Positions 25,426 to 35,330 of a stretch of DNA of 64,000 nt are shown here, piece by piece. The translations under genes and the position numbers were made by a program. This DNA comes from Candidatus Micrarchaeia archaeon (lineage in GTDB: Archaea > Micrarchaeota > Micrarchaeia > Norongarragalinales > UBA8480). The DNA lies in NCBI GenBank assembly GCA_039794045.1, contig JBAMLY010000001.1:1045-65044 (forward strand), given 5' to 3'. The notes below the pieces were generated by a model. That model did not search any database. It was not told the origin of the DNA and worked only from the letters and a program-made list of their open reading frames with translations. Position 1 is the stretch's first letter. Each line of letters starts with the position of its first letter.

Positions 25426-26577
25426 AACGCTTTCGTAAACGCCTTCAAGCAAGTCAACCGCCTTCGAAAGAGAATGTAGTCTGGCAGTAGCAACTGCTTG
25501 CTCCCTCATCTTCCTCGCTTGGCGAGAAGGCATTAAGAGAAGACGCGTTAGCTTGTCAGCGAAGTCTTTGGGGTTGTTTGGCTCGAACAAGAAGCCGTTG
25601 CAACCATCGCGCACTATCTCTGGAATTGCGTAAGCTCTTGCGCCGACGCAGGGCACGCCGCAAGCCATTCCTTCTACGATCGACAAGCCATAAGTATCAA
25701 AAGTGCTTGGGCAAACGTTCACGTCCGCGACAGAGAAAAAGAAAGGCATTCGCGAGTGAGGAACCGCGCCTTTGAAGACGAACCTGTCATTCAAACCGTT
25801 TTCTGCCACGAGAACTTCCACGGTTGACTTGAAGGGGCCATCACCCACTATCAAGAATTTAACCGAGGGCACTGAACGTATTACCTGCTTAGCTGAACGC
25901 ACTATCAAGTCAACATGTTTTTCTTCTGTAACACGCCCCGCGAACAATACGACTTTGTCTCTTGCCCTGAAGCCAAGCGCCTTCCGTGCTTTAGCGTGGT
26001 CGTGCTTGCAGCGAAAACTCTTCAAGTCAATGCCGTTGGGCACCACGCGAAGCTTGTCCTCGTCCACGCCGTGCTCGGCAAGCATTTCAACTATCACTTT
26101 AGATGGCGCGGTGACCACGTCGAACGGCTTGTAAAAGTGTTTTATTGAATGCCACGCAATCCGCGAAATTATTTCTTGTCCGCGCTTGTTGTGAGTAATA
26201 TAGTGCGTTCCCGCGGGAAGCAGGGTGTGAAAAGTTCCCACCAATGGAAGCCGCAAGTCGCGTGCCGTCTTTATCGCAGCAAAACCCATCGAAGCCATTG
26301 CATGGCAGTGAACCAAGTCAAAGCCGCGATCGCGCACTATTTTTTTTGCCGCGAAGGGATTGAAGGCTATCTTGTATTGAGGATAGGAAGGAAAAGAAAA
26401 ACCTTCAAAAAAGTGGACGTGAGGGTCTTCGTTTAACCTCGCGGCTTCAGCACTGCCAGCCGCAAACACTTCTATTTCGTGCCCGCGCCTTTCCAGTTCG
26501 CGTCGGTAGTTTTGAATAGCTACCACGACGCCGTCCAAGTTAGGAAAATAAGTGTCAGTAAAAAAACTTATTCGCAT
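25405..26577 (-). CDS. Glycosyltransferase, GT4 family (GT-B fold)
   Basis: 390 aa. MRISFFTDTYFPNLDGV N-terminal GT4 signature and a C-terminal ExFGxxxxEA-like motif (FDTYGLSIVEGMACGVP). Confidence 0.8.
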   Translation of the reverse strand: MRISFFTDTYFPNLDGVVVAIQNYRRELERRGHEIEVFAAGSAEAARLNEDPHVHFFEGFSFPSYPQYKIAFNPFAAKKIVRDRGFDLVHCHAMASMGFAAIKTARDLRLPLVGTFHTLLPAGTHYITHNKRGQEIISRIAWHSIKHFYKPFDVVTAPSKVIVEMLAEHGVDEDKLRVVPNGIDLKSFRCKHDHAKARKALGFRARDKVVLFAGRVTEEKHVDLIVRSAKQVIRSVPSVKFLIVGDGPFKSTVEVLVAENGLNDRFVFKGAVPHSRMPFFFSVADVNVCPSTFDTYGLSIVEGMACGVPCVGARAYAIPEIVRDGCNGFLFEPNNPKDFADKLTRLLLMPSRQARKMREQAVATARLHSLSKAVDLLEGVYESVSRKKFF

Positions 26578-26594
26578 GCAATAACTACTATAAA

Positions 26595-28442
26595 CTACTT
26601 TATAATAAACAACGCAAGAAAAGCTAACGCGATAGATAAAAAGAAAATGGTGGGCGCCATTATCTTCAGCACTGCCACAACTGAGTTTATCGTGCTCAAT
26701 AACTCGGAAGCGCGGTTGCTGCCCAACACATCTATTTCAATGCGCCGCGTCGCGAAAGAAGCCGAGCAATACTCGCAGTCGCGCAACGCTTCCTCAACTG
26801 CTTTCACGGTTCTCTCAACCAACTCAAAGCGGTTGGCACGCAAGCCCAGCGGATTGTGGACGCTGTAAAGATTGTTTACGGCGTGCGTGTCTGTCGTCAT
26901 CACGTCAACGAAATCAAAGCCGAAACGCGAAAGAGAAGACAGAATTTCTTCCCTGAAAGACGGAAGGCAATTGTTCGCGTCAAAAAGGAGAATGCAAAAA
27001 CGCTTTCCGCCAACCTCGAAAACTGCTACCTTTAAGCCCGCCCGTCCTATGCCTTGTTCTGGCTTGAAGTCAGACAACGAGTCGCAGGCTACGCCGAGCT
27101 TGAAAGCTTGCTGGCGTTGAACAGGCACTGGCTTCAACAAGTCTATGACGTCCTCGTAGTCGTAGAAAAGCCTGCTTCCCGCGTCGAGAACGCCTATTTG
27201 CGTCTTCGAGTTGTGGCGGTCTACCAGCACTGCTTCAGAAAAACCCCTAGCCAAAACCCTGTTGGCGAGCGCCAATCCCACGGAAACATCAATATCCTCT
27301 GTTCCCTTGGGAGCACGCGAAAGCGTCAGGAAAGCATTGCTGCCAAAAGCCAGTCCCGCAACCCCGCAAGAGTCCTTGGAAGCGCGAAGAATCACGGCAG
27401 AAGAAGCGCCTTGCTTTGCGGAAGAAACCATGGACGCCACCTCGCGCGAGAGCCTTGAAGCGCTTGAAGAGTAAACGGGGTTGAAGTCATGGTAGGCAGT
27501 CCCGTGAAATACGAGGGAAGGAGCGCCAGTTCTTTCCTCTATTTCGCTTCCCAGCAAGGCAGGAAACTCGCTTCCTCCAAGGTTGCCAAAGGGCCCGAAG
27601 TGAATCATTGGAATGACAAAGGAAGCCTTGAGCCTTCCCTTCCTCGTCCTGAAAGCCACCACGCTAACTTGCGTGCGCACTCGCTCGCTCATTTCAGCCA
27701 TTACTTCTTCCAGTCCTTTCGTTCCGCTGTGAAGCTGCGCGAAAAAAAGCGCGGTAGACTGCACTGCCGAAATCCCGAAGTTGCGTTTCGCTGGAGCGTT
27801 GATAAGGAAGAAAATGCTCCACAAAGCAAGCAGTATGACCGCGGCAGCCAAAGCCATTCTAACGAAGACGAGCCAAGGCGAACCGAATTCTATCGCTGGA
27901 GCTATCCTGCCGTAGCCGCTCCAGATGACGAGGAAAGACAAGTTAAACAAAGGATGAAACGCTGAAACAAGGAAAGCCTTCACGCCGTAGTTCAACGCCA
28001 GAAAAGCCGCCACAAACCACGTTGCAAGCACTAAGGCGTTGGCAACCAACACGAAAGACTGCACCGCGAAAAAGCTTGGCGCGATTCCAGTCCAGGAAAC
28101 AATGAAGCCAGCAAAAACAGTTAACCCGTAAATAAGCGAGGCAAGAAAGCCCACGAAAACAAAGCGCTTGAACCCCAACCTAAAGTTCTGGCGTGAAACA
28201 ATTGAAGCCGCTAAAGCTGCTGAAGCAACGGCAGGCAAGGCGACCAGGATTATTCCTTCTGCGCCCCCCAAGAAGAACGCGTCTGCGGGCTTGTCCCACC
28301 CGTTACTGCAAACAAACCCGATTACGCCCGCCAAAAAAGAGTAGGCGAGCAAGTAAACTATCGTCAAGCGATAAGAAGGAAGCGAGAAAGCAAACTCGGT
28401 TACCTTAACTGCTTTTTTCTTTAATTGGCTCATTTGATTCAA
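26595..28442 (-). CDS. Large polytopic membrane protein with C-terminal soluble domain (DUF2070-like archaeal family)
   Basis: 615 aa with about 8-10 predicted TM helices in the N-terminal half, a hydrophilic C-terminal 300 aa and a final TM helix. Family call is from memory of the architecture. Confidence 0.45.
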   Translation of the reverse strand: MNQMSQLKKKAVKVTEFAFSLPSYRLTIVYLLAYSFLAGVIGFVCSNGWDKPADAFFLGGAEGIILVALPAVASAALAASIVSRQNFRLGFKRFVFVGFLASLIYGLTVFAGFIVSWTGIAPSFFAVQSFVLVANALVLATWFVAAFLALNYGVKAFLVSAFHPLFNLSFLVIWSGYGRIAPAIEFGSPWLVFVRMALAAAVILLALWSIFFLINAPAKRNFGISAVQSTALFFAQLHSGTKGLEEVMAEMSERVRTQVSVVAFRTRKGRLKASFVIPMIHFGPFGNLGGSEFPALLGSEIEERTGAPSLVFHGTAYHDFNPVYSSSASRLSREVASMVSSAKQGASSAVILRASKDSCGVAGLAFGSNAFLTLSRAPKGTEDIDVSVGLALANRVLARGFSEAVLVDRHNSKTQIGVLDAGSRLFYDYEDVIDLLKPVPVQRQQAFKLGVACDSLSDFKPEQGIGRAGLKVAVFEVGGKRFCILLFDANNCLPSFREEILSSLSRFGFDFVDVMTTDTHAVNNLYSVHNPLGLRANRFELVERTVKAVEEALRDCEYCSASFATRRIEIDVLGSNRASELLSTINSVVAVLKIMAPTIFFLSIALAFLALFIIK

Positions 28443-28660
28443 CGAATTCTGTTGTTACGCGCACCGCCTTTCCCGTTGTTGCCGCGCAAGGCAGAGTGAA
28501 GACGCGATGCATTCGCAAAGAATTCCTTGGCGACTTCCGAGAAACTGCAGCCGCGCAGTGCAGCGATCTTCATTAACTCCAAAGTAATAAAACGCAACTC
28601 AGAGTTTATTACCGCTTCCTCGGATTCCTGCCCGCCTTCAATTTCTTCCTCTCTCTTCAA
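28439..28660 (-). CDS. Small acidic hypothetical protein
   Basis: 73-aa ORF, 4-nt overlap with the upstream membrane-protein gene start. No motif. Confidence 0.25.
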   Translation of the reverse strand: MKREEEIEGGQESEEAVINSELRFITLELMKIAALRGCSFSEVAKEFFANASRLHSALRGNNGKGGARNNRIR

Positions 28661-28722
28661 AAGAATTACCTCACCAAAATTAAGGCGTGCTGATTAAAAA
28701 ACCAAGCGCAGAAATTGTTTGA

Positions 28723-29400
28723 ATGAACGCAATTCAAGGCAAAATTTGCCCGCGCTGCGGTAAAACGGAAGGTCAAATAGAATTTGTTGGCGCGTTCTGC
28801 GTCCAGTGCTTAGCTGAAACGCGTTTTTCTTGCAGCACTCCTAGAAAAATAAGTCTAGAGTACTGCGCCTCGTGCGGGCGCGCGAGAATGGGAGACTGGA
28901 GTGCTGCCACCGACTACAACGTAACGCAGTGGCTGCTCGCGAAAAGCAAGGCAAAAGAAGTAAAGCCACTCAAAACCAGAATTCAGCGCTTTGAAGACCA
29001 CTGGATTGCCTCACTCGTTTTCGTTCTTCAAGCAGGAGACAAGAAAATCGAGAGAGAGTGCAGCACGCGAATAAACCTCGTCAACACCCAGTGCCCCGAG
29101 TGCTCGCGCCGATCTGCTGGCTACTACGAAGCAGTAATTCAAGTCAGGCGCTCCTCGCCAGCCACGCCACAAGAAAAACTAGCACGCGCCGCGGAAAAGC
29201 TGAGGAGAAAACTCGAAAAAACTTCTTTCGTGAGCAGAGTAGAAGAAAAAAAAGAGGGAATCGATTTATACGTTGGCAGCGCCCCAGCCGCGAGAAGCGC
29301 GTTAGAAGAACTAAGCAAGGGCTTTGAAGCCAGCAAGACGCTTGCGGGAAGAAAGCAAGGAAGAGAAGTTTACCGCACTACCTTCTGCGTCAGAATTTGA
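28723..29400 (+). CDS. NMD3-family protein (ribosomal large-subunit export/maturation factor homolog), tentative
   Basis: 225 aa with N-terminal CPRCG...CVQC...CASCG and later CPECS zinc-binding clusters, matching the archaeal Nmd3 N-domain arrangement. Confidence 0.45.
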   Translation: MNAIQGKICPRCGKTEGQIEFVGAFCVQCLAETRFSCSTPRKISLEYCASCGRARMGDWSAATDYNVTQWLLAKSKAKEVKPLKTRIQRFEDHWIASLVFVLQAGDKKIERECSTRINLVNTQCPECSRRSAGYYEAVIQVRRSSPATPQEKLARAAEKLRRKLEKTSFVSRVEEKKEGIDLYVGSAPAARSALEELSKGFEASKTLAGRKQGREVYRTTFCVRI

Positions 29401-29413
29401 ATTACGTAAAGCT

Positions 29414-30106
29414 TCAAAACTGCTTCAACGCCTTGCGCGCTTCATCTAAAGGTATTTTCGTAGCAAGCAAGGGAATTCCCTCGCTTTCAGCGATTTTGAT
29501 TGCGAGCTTGTCCACTATCTCTATACCATGAAGAATTACAAGGGAAGGCTTTATCGGAGAAACGCGCACAGCAACCAATGGACTCCTCCCCGTTTCCACG
29601 CGCGTGAACAAGAGCGCGCGCTGGGAAGTAGTAGAATATATTTTTACGAAGCTGTCGTAGGGAAGCTCAAGAATGACTTTCAAGCTGTCAAGTATTGTTG
29701 CGCCAAAGATGGTCAACTCATTCAAGCGCTCCCCACACGCAACGCACTTGGCGTCCAAGGCTTTTGCCAGTTCTAACCCAGAAATTCCTTTTTGGAAGTT
29801 GAATACCTCGAAGTACTCTTGCGGCGACTTCTCAGCTTCCTTCATTCGCTTGACGAATTCCCCGCCGCGTTTCTCGTCCAACTCGAACAAAGCATTCACG
29901 AAACGGTTTATCACGCCGATACCTGGACTCTTGCGGCGGTTGCCTTCGTAGTCGCTTATAGTGGAAGGAGAAATTTTCAGGAACTCGCTTAACTCGGTTT
30001 GAGAAATGTTGAATACTTCACGCCACTTCTTCATTGCAGCGCCAGGATTAGGCGAAACAGTTATCTCGCCGGCAATCCTTACTTTTAACTCTTCCATCAA
30101 AATCAA
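29414..30106 (-). CDS. HTH (XRE/Cro-C1 type) transcriptional regulator with a C-terminal domain of unknown function
   Basis: ISQTELSEFLKISPSTISDYEGNRRKSP is a canonical XRE helix-turn-helix. Followed by about 150 aa including a CVACG pair. Confidence 0.6.
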   Translation of the reverse strand: MILMEELKVRIAGEITVSPNPGAAMKKWREVFNISQTELSEFLKISPSTISDYEGNRRKSPGIGVINRFVNALFELDEKRGGEFVKRMKEAEKSPQEYFEVFNFQKGISGLELAKALDAKCVACGERLNELTIFGATILDSLKVILELPYDSFVKIYSTTSQRALLFTRVETGRSPLVAVRVSPIKPSLVILHGIEIVDKLAIKIAESEGIPLLATKIPLDEARKALKQF

Positions 30107-30170
30107 ATTTTGTTGCCTGAGATTTTATAATAATGTTTCGCCGACCGCCCAACAATCATTTAAATAATTC

Positions 30171-31031
30171 TTGAAACAATTTATTTCAGTGGAAAGAGTA
30201 AGCATCACCATAGACAATAAGCTCCTCGCCTTCCTGGACGGAATGGTGGACGGCGAGCGCGTCAAAAGCCGTTCTCAAGCGGTAAGCCTATTGCTCAACA
30301 AAGCCATTGAGTCCACGAGGCCGCGAAAAGCAATGATTCTGGCGGGCGGCGGGAGACACAAAACAATCGCGCCAGGCAACAACATTCCGCGCTCACTGCT
30401 TAAAGTAAATGGGAAGACCGTAATAGAGTTACTGCTTTCCCTGCTTAGAAAACAAGGCATTGAAGAAGCAGTGATACTCGTCGACAATGGTGGAGACAAA
30501 ATAATAAGTAAGCTCAAGAACGGCGAAGAACTCGGAATGCGAATTCAATATGTTTGGGACTCTCAAGCGACGGGCAGCGCTGGGGCAATGATGCTAGCCA
30601 AGCAATACTTTCACGAGCCATTCATTCTCGCTTACTCTGACGTCATCTACGACGACTTGAACTTGAATGACTTGATTGACTTCCACCGCTCCCACAACAG
30701 TGCCTGCACCATGGTTCTAGCAAGCGTGGACAACCCGCGAGGACTTGGAGTGGCGAGAATGACTGGAGCACGCATAATAAGCTTTACTGAAAAGCCATCC
30801 ACAGCGAAAAGCCACTTGGTAAACGCTGGACTCTTCATGTGCGAGCCCGCCGTTCTCGCAGTAATTAAACAAATTCCCAGCAGCTTCGAGAAAGACGTGC
30901 TACCCAAAATAGCAGCGAAAGAAAAACTGTTCGGATACGTTTACTCTGGCGCCTGGTTTCACGTGCACTCTCAACAAGAAGCCGACCAGGCAAGCAAGTA
31001 CTTCAGCAAACGCAACGCGCGAAAGCAATAA
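30171..31031 (+). CDS. Fusion: N-terminal ribbon-helix-helix (CopG/NikR-like) domain + sugar-phosphate nucleotidyltransferase (RmlA/GlmU-like) domain
   Basis: Residues about 8-45 VERVSITIDNKLLAFLDGMV...RSQAVSLLL fit the RHH beta-strand/helix pattern. Then AMILAGGGRHKT...LLKVNGKTVIE is the nucleotidyltransferase G-x-G-x-R loop; D/E-rich substrate pocket motifs follow. Confidence 0.65.
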   Translation: MKQFISVERVSITIDNKLLAFLDGMVDGERVKSRSQAVSLLLNKAIESTRPRKAMILAGGGRHKTIAPGNNIPRSLLKVNGKTVIELLLSLLRKQGIEEAVILVDNGGDKIISKLKNGEELGMRIQYVWDSQATGSAGAMMLAKQYFHEPFILAYSDVIYDDLNLNDLIDFHRSHNSACTMVLASVDNPRGLGVARMTGARIISFTEKPSTAKSHLVNAGLFMCEPAVLAVIKQIPSSFEKDVLPKIAAKEKLFGYVYSGAWFHVHSQQEADQASKYFSKRNARKQ

Positions 31032-31058
31032 AAGCCCGCGCGAGACAGCAACTTTAAA

Positions 31059-31643
31059 GTGATGCAAGAAATGATTGAAAAAATAGTCGAGTCATTCATA
31101 GTCTTTCTAGTAATAATGGATCCATTTTCCAGCCTGCCCGTCTTTCTTGCGCTGACGAGGAAGTTCAAGCTGTCGGAACGAAAACGAGCGGCAGACAAAG
31201 CCGTGCTTGTGGCTGCGCTCCCCATAATTGTTTTTGCTTTAACTGGAACAACTATTCTTAGCCTCCTCGGCATCAGCTTGCCAGCATTCAGGATAGCTGG
31301 CGGAATAGTGCTTGCCCTGATGGGAATCCAGTTGGTGCTATCTATTTCCGTGCACCAAGAAAAAGTAAGGGACGGCAGCGCGGCAGGAGTAATAATAGGA
31401 GTGCCACTAATAACTGGCCCGGCAGTGATAACGAGCACCATAATCTTCTCGCAACAAGTTGGCGTGCTCGCCACCATCGCTGCGGCCGCACTAGCCCTCG
31501 CAGTAGTTTGGGGGGTCCTCCGCAGCGCAAACTTTTTCGCGCGACTGCTTGGAAGTCAGGGAATGCAGGTCTTAACGCGCATAATGGGTTTGCTGTTGAC
31601 GGCGATAGCCGTTTCAATGATTCAAAAAGGAATAGTGGGCTGA
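31059..31643 (+). CDS. marC: MarC family (UPF0056) integral membrane protein
   Basis: 194 aa with 6 TM helices. N-terminal FIVFLVIMDPFSSLPVFLAL is typical of MarC. Confidence 0.78.
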   Translation: MMQEMIEKIVESFIVFLVIMDPFSSLPVFLALTRKFKLSERKRAADKAVLVAALPIIVFALTGTTILSLLGISLPAFRIAGGIVLALMGIQLVLSISVHQEKVRDGSAAGVIIGVPLITGPAVITSTIIFSQQVGVLATIAAAALALAVVWGVLRSANFFARLLGSQGMQVLTRIMGLLLTAIAVSMIQKGIVG

Positions 31644-31645
31644 AG

Positions 31646-32242
31646 GGAATGACGCTTTGCTGCACTCCACAAGTTTATTTCCCACGAGAAGACTCTGAAC
31701 TCTTAGCGCGCGCCGCAGCCAACCACGCCTTCGGAAAAGTACTCGACATGGGGTGCGGCACCGGAATCGTGGGCATTAACGCGACGCGCAACCCCGCAGT
31801 AACCGAAATAGTTTTCGCTGACTGCAACCTAGAAGCAGTGAAATGCGCGAAAGAAAATGCGAAAGCGAATGGCGTGAGGCGTGCGCGCTTTGTCAAAACA
31901 AACTTGTTCTCTGCACTAGAAAAAGAAGAGTTTGACTGTATTTGCTTCAACCCGCCTTACCTGCCAAGCGATCCTGAAGACTGCTCGCCCACAGAGCTGA
32001 AGCTAGCGTGGGACGGCGGAGCCGACGGCCGCAGCGTGATAGATCTTTTTCTTGCACAGTTTCCAGAGCACCTGAAGGAAAACGGCGTGTTGTTGCTTGT
32101 TGACTGCTCCTTAAATGACTCGAAGAAAACAGAGCAAGCCCTATCACGGCAAGGCTTTGAATTCAGCGTGCTTGAAACTCAGTCCTTTTTTTTCGAGCGG
32201 TTGAGGGTATTAAAAGCAAGCAAAAAAACTCATTTACTTTGA
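31646..32242 (+). CDS. SAM-dependent methyltransferase of the HemK/PrmC/Mtq2 family (release-factor glutamine N5-methyltransferase-like)
   Basis: VLDMGCGTGIVG (motif I) and FNPPY (the NPPY amide-methyltransferase motif). Start taken at Met 31646; the ORF track extends upstream and overlaps marC. Confidence 0.7.
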   Translation, partial: GMTLCCTPQVYFPREDSELLARAAANHAFGKVLDMGCGTGIVGINATRNPAVTEIVFADCNLEAVKCAKENAKANGVRRARFVKTNLFSALEKEEFDCICFNPPYLPSDPEDCSPTELKLAWDGGADGRSVIDLFLAQFPEHLKENGVLLLVDCSLNDSKKTEQALSRQGFEFSVLETQSFFFERLRVLKASKKTHLL

Positions 32243-32252
32243 ACTCCTTTGG

Positions 32253-33149
32253 TTGTCTGGTGAGAATTTGGCTTCCCTGAATGCTGGACCAGAGTATTAC
32301 GCGGCTGAGGCGCGCTACCAACAAGCCAAGACTTACGAAGAGAAAATGGCGGCGCTCGAGGAAATGCTGCGGCACTGCCCAAAGCACAAGGGCAGCCAAA
32401 GCATCTTAAGCGAGATTCGCGACAAGATGGCGCGCTTGCGCAAAGAACGCGAAACCGAAGCAAAAAAGAAGGCAGCACGCAAGACTGGCGGAGAGTTCGT
32501 GCGCAAGCAAGGCGGCGCGCAAATAGTTTTGATTGGGTTTGCTAACGCAGGCAAGACCGCCTTGTTCAACGTCTTGACTGGACTCAGCGCGCCCTCCACT
32601 CACACTCCCTTTGAAACAGTTAAGCCAGAACCAGGAATGATGAACTACAATAAAGTCCAAATACAAGTTATTGATACTCCAAGCATTACTGAGTCAGACA
32701 AAGCACGCATTTTCGCGTTGGCACGCAATGCTGATTTAGTAGTAGTAATAACCACTCCCGAGAAGGAAAGCGATGAAAAAACGTTCTGGGAACACAACTT
32801 GCCAATATTCTTGAAGGAAACACGCAAAATCGTGTTGCGCCAGCGCGTAGACTACGACGCATGCGATCCTGAATCAGTAAATAACTTAAAAAAACGCCTC
32901 TACGACGCCCTCGAAATAATACGGGTTTTCACTAAAGCCCCAAGAGAAAAAGCAGAAACTGAGAAGCCAATAGTGCTCAAAAAAGGAGCCACTGTCGCTG
33001 ACGCTGCAAAAGAAATACACAAGGACTTCGCGAGACAACTTGATTTTGCGCGAGTGTGGGGCTCAACGCGTTTTCCCGGGCAAAGAGTAAGCGCGGAGTA
33101 CGTATTGCAAGACGGAGACGTTTTCGAGCTTCACTTGAAGCAATCCTAG
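32253..33149 (+). CDS. DRG/Obg-type GTPase-like protein with C-terminal TGS domain (shortened relative to canonical archaeal Drg)
   Basis: N-terminal helical segment resembling the Drg N-terminus, G1 GFANAGKTALFNVL, DTPS in place of DTPG, and a C-terminal TGS-like fold (VLKKGATVADAAKEIHKDFA...GDVFEL). Confidence 0.55.
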   Translation: MSGENLASLNAGPEYYAAEARYQQAKTYEEKMAALEEMLRHCPKHKGSQSILSEIRDKMARLRKERETEAKKKAARKTGGEFVRKQGGAQIVLIGFANAGKTALFNVLTGLSAPSTHTPFETVKPEPGMMNYNKVQIQVIDTPSITESDKARIFALARNADLVVVITTPEKESDEKTFWEHNLPIFLKETRKIVLRQRVDYDACDPESVNNLKKRLYDALEIIRVFTKAPREKAETEKPIVLKKGATVADAAKEIHKDFARQLDFARVWGSTRFPGQRVSAEYVLQDGDVFELHLKQS

Positions 33150-33246
33150 TCACCAAACAACGCCAAAGCAAAAAAAGCTATCAAGGCAAGCACTGCGAGA
33201 GCCATGGCAACGGAAACTATTTGGTATTGAGTTGAAATCCTCACAT

Positions 33247-34593
33247 TCATCCCCACAAGCTCTTCGGCTCAGCGGGCTCGTCTTCCCTCTCTGGCGCGGT
33301 CTCGGCTTTCTCTCTCTTTTTCAAGAAAAACAATAACGCCGCAAGCCCCACAACAACTAAAGCAGGAAACATGAGCTGGGAGTAGTCAAACTCTTTTTCT
33401 GCTTTCTTTGAGGAAGCAGAAGCACAAGAAGAGTATTTCGCGTCAGCGGCGTCCAACAGCTTCTGCAACACATTCATTGAAGAAATTGCTTGATCGTATT
33501 CAGCTGGCGTGGCCAGCGCGGAAAAAACAGGAGTGCCCGCCACGCCTTGCACTGACTTCCACGAGTCCTCTATTTTCTTGACGTCAACGCCGCATTCAGA
33601 GTAAGCTTGCCTCAACTGGTAAGCGTTCAAAACTGGTTGAACGCGAGAACTTAGCACCTCGAAAAAGCTTTTCGCGGCCTTCTGTTTTTCAATGACTTCC
33701 TTGCGGTAGAAAAAACTCTTGACGCTGTCGTTAACTAATTCATCTTCTCCATCGAAAAGCCGGTTGAAAGCCTGTGCTTTCAACGAAATTCGCGCCAGTT
33801 CCTGCGACAACGCATCAGGAACTTGAATCACTTGAAGATAGCTTGAAACTATTGCCCTCTTTGAAGCGTCAACAGACAAAACGGCTTCCAAGAGCGCTGA
33901 CGCGTAAGCATCATTCGCGTCCCTGAGTTTAGCGAGCTCGATTAAAGTCTTGTTGTAGTTCGAAATCAACGAGTTAAGCGCTGAAAGAGACTTCTCTGAC
34001 TCGAAAGCCTGCTGGGCTTGCGTGGCTTTCTCGATTTTTTCTTCGACTGCAGAATTCTTTGCCGACAAGGAGTCGAGAGCCTGCTGCACTTTAACCAAGT
34101 CAACAGAATAGTTTTCCTGTAAAGAGTACCCAACGAAAACCATGCTCGTCTTGCTGGAGGGATTGTTCAAGTTATCTATCACTGCCTTGTACTTGCCAAA
34201 CCAAGCGGACAAGTCGCTCACTGAAAGAGAGTCTTTAGTAAAAGAATTCAAGCGCGATTGCCTAAAGTCAAGCAAGTGAATTTTGTGAAGCAAGTCTTCG
34301 TCCGAAACGATTTCGCCTGCGTCAGCGCTTACCGCTACCACCAAATTTTTTATGTTTGGCTCGTTTTCCGGAGTGAAGTAAACTATCCAGTAATTGCTGC
34401 CGTCAACCGAAAACTTGGAATCTAGTATGCTGGCTTTCTCTCCACTCTTCAAGTAAAACTGCGCTTTTGACAATGCTGCTTCGCTTGAAATTATCGCGTG
34501 AGAAAACGAAGCCAGAAAAAGCAACGAGAAAACGCAGGCGAATAAGCGGCTTGAAATCATAACAAATAATAAATCGCCGTCGTTTAAAAACAA
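33247..34593 (-). CDS. Secreted, C-terminally membrane-anchored surface protein
   Basis: N-terminal signal peptide (LFACVFSLLFLASFSHA), a 400-aa mostly helical ectodomain, a C-terminal TM helix (FPALVVVGLAALLFFL) and a charged tail KKREKAETAPEREDEP. Confidence 0.4.
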   Translation of the reverse strand: MFLNDGDLLFVMISSRLFACVFSLLFLASFSHAIISSEAALSKAQFYLKSGEKASILDSKFSVDGSNYWIVYFTPENEPNIKNLVVAVSADAGEIVSDEDLLHKIHLLDFRQSRLNSFTKDSLSVSDLSAWFGKYKAVIDNLNNPSSKTSMVFVGYSLQENYSVDLVKVQQALDSLSAKNSAVEEKIEKATQAQQAFESEKSLSALNSLISNYNKTLIELAKLRDANDAYASALLEAVLSVDASKRAIVSSYLQVIQVPDALSQELARISLKAQAFNRLFDGEDELVNDSVKSFFYRKEVIEKQKAAKSFFEVLSSRVQPVLNAYQLRQAYSECGVDVKKIEDSWKSVQGVAGTPVFSALATPAEYDQAISSMNVLQKLLDAADAKYSSCASASSKKAEKEFDYSQLMFPALVVVGLAALLFFLKKREKAETAPEREDEPAEPKSLWG

Positions 34594-34595
34594 TA

Positions 34596-35330
34596 ATGAA
34601 CGCCTTCAAGCCACCGCGAGTAATACTCGTCGAACCGCGATATCAAATAAATGTTGGCGCCGTGGCGCGCGCGTGCAAAAACTTTGGGTGCAGCGAGCTT
34701 TTCCTCGTGCGCCCAAAAACAAGGATTGGCTTCACCGCCCGCATCTTCGCAAAGCACGCCGAAGAAGTGCTCGCGAAAGCAAAAACTTTCAACTCTATTT
34801 CTGAGGCGGCGCGCGGCTGCAGCATCGTAGTAGGAACCACTGGAGCAGCGCGCAGGTACAACGACAGACTAAAGAAAATCATTTCGCCACGCCATGCTGC
34901 AAGGCTATGCAAGGGAAGGAAGGCAGCGCTAGTGTTCGGCAGCGAAGCAACTGGCTTGAGCGCTGCAGACATTCAAGCCTGCGACTTGGTCGCCTCGATT
35001 CCAGCAAACCCGCAACACCCAATACTCAACTTGTCGCACGCCGCCGCAGTCATGCTTTACGAGTTCTGGCTAGCTCAACGCAGTCCCGCCCCGCAAGTAA
35101 CGGAGGCCCCCGAAACCAAGAAGCGCCTCCTAGAAGAAAAGTTTGCAGCCGCCCTCTCGGCCGCGAACAAGACTAAGCAGACGGGCGCGAGAGTACGCGA
35201 CAAAGAAAAAGTAGTACGCGCATTCAAGAACTTGTTGCATCGCTCGCGCGTGGAAGACGACGAAGCGCAAGCGTTGCTGGCTGCACTCACGAAAATGGAG
35301 AAGTGTGGGAAAAAGCTCAGCACTTGCTGA
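34596..35330 (+). CDS. SPOUT-class RNA 2'-O-methyltransferase (TrmH/TrmJ/SpoU family)
   Basis: VILVEPRYQINVGAVARACKNFG and GSEATGLS...NLSHAAAVMLYE correspond to SpoU motifs I-III. Confidence 0.75.
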   Translation: MNAFKPPRVILVEPRYQINVGAVARACKNFGCSELFLVRPKTRIGFTARIFAKHAEEVLAKAKTFNSISEAARGCSIVVGTTGAARRYNDRLKKIISPRHAARLCKGRKAALVFGSEATGLSAADIQACDLVASIPANPQHPILNLSHAAAVMLYEFWLAQRSPAPQVTEAPETKKRLLEEKFAAALSAANKTKQTGARVRDKEKVVRAFKNLLHRSRVEDDEAQALLAALTKMEKCGKKLSTC

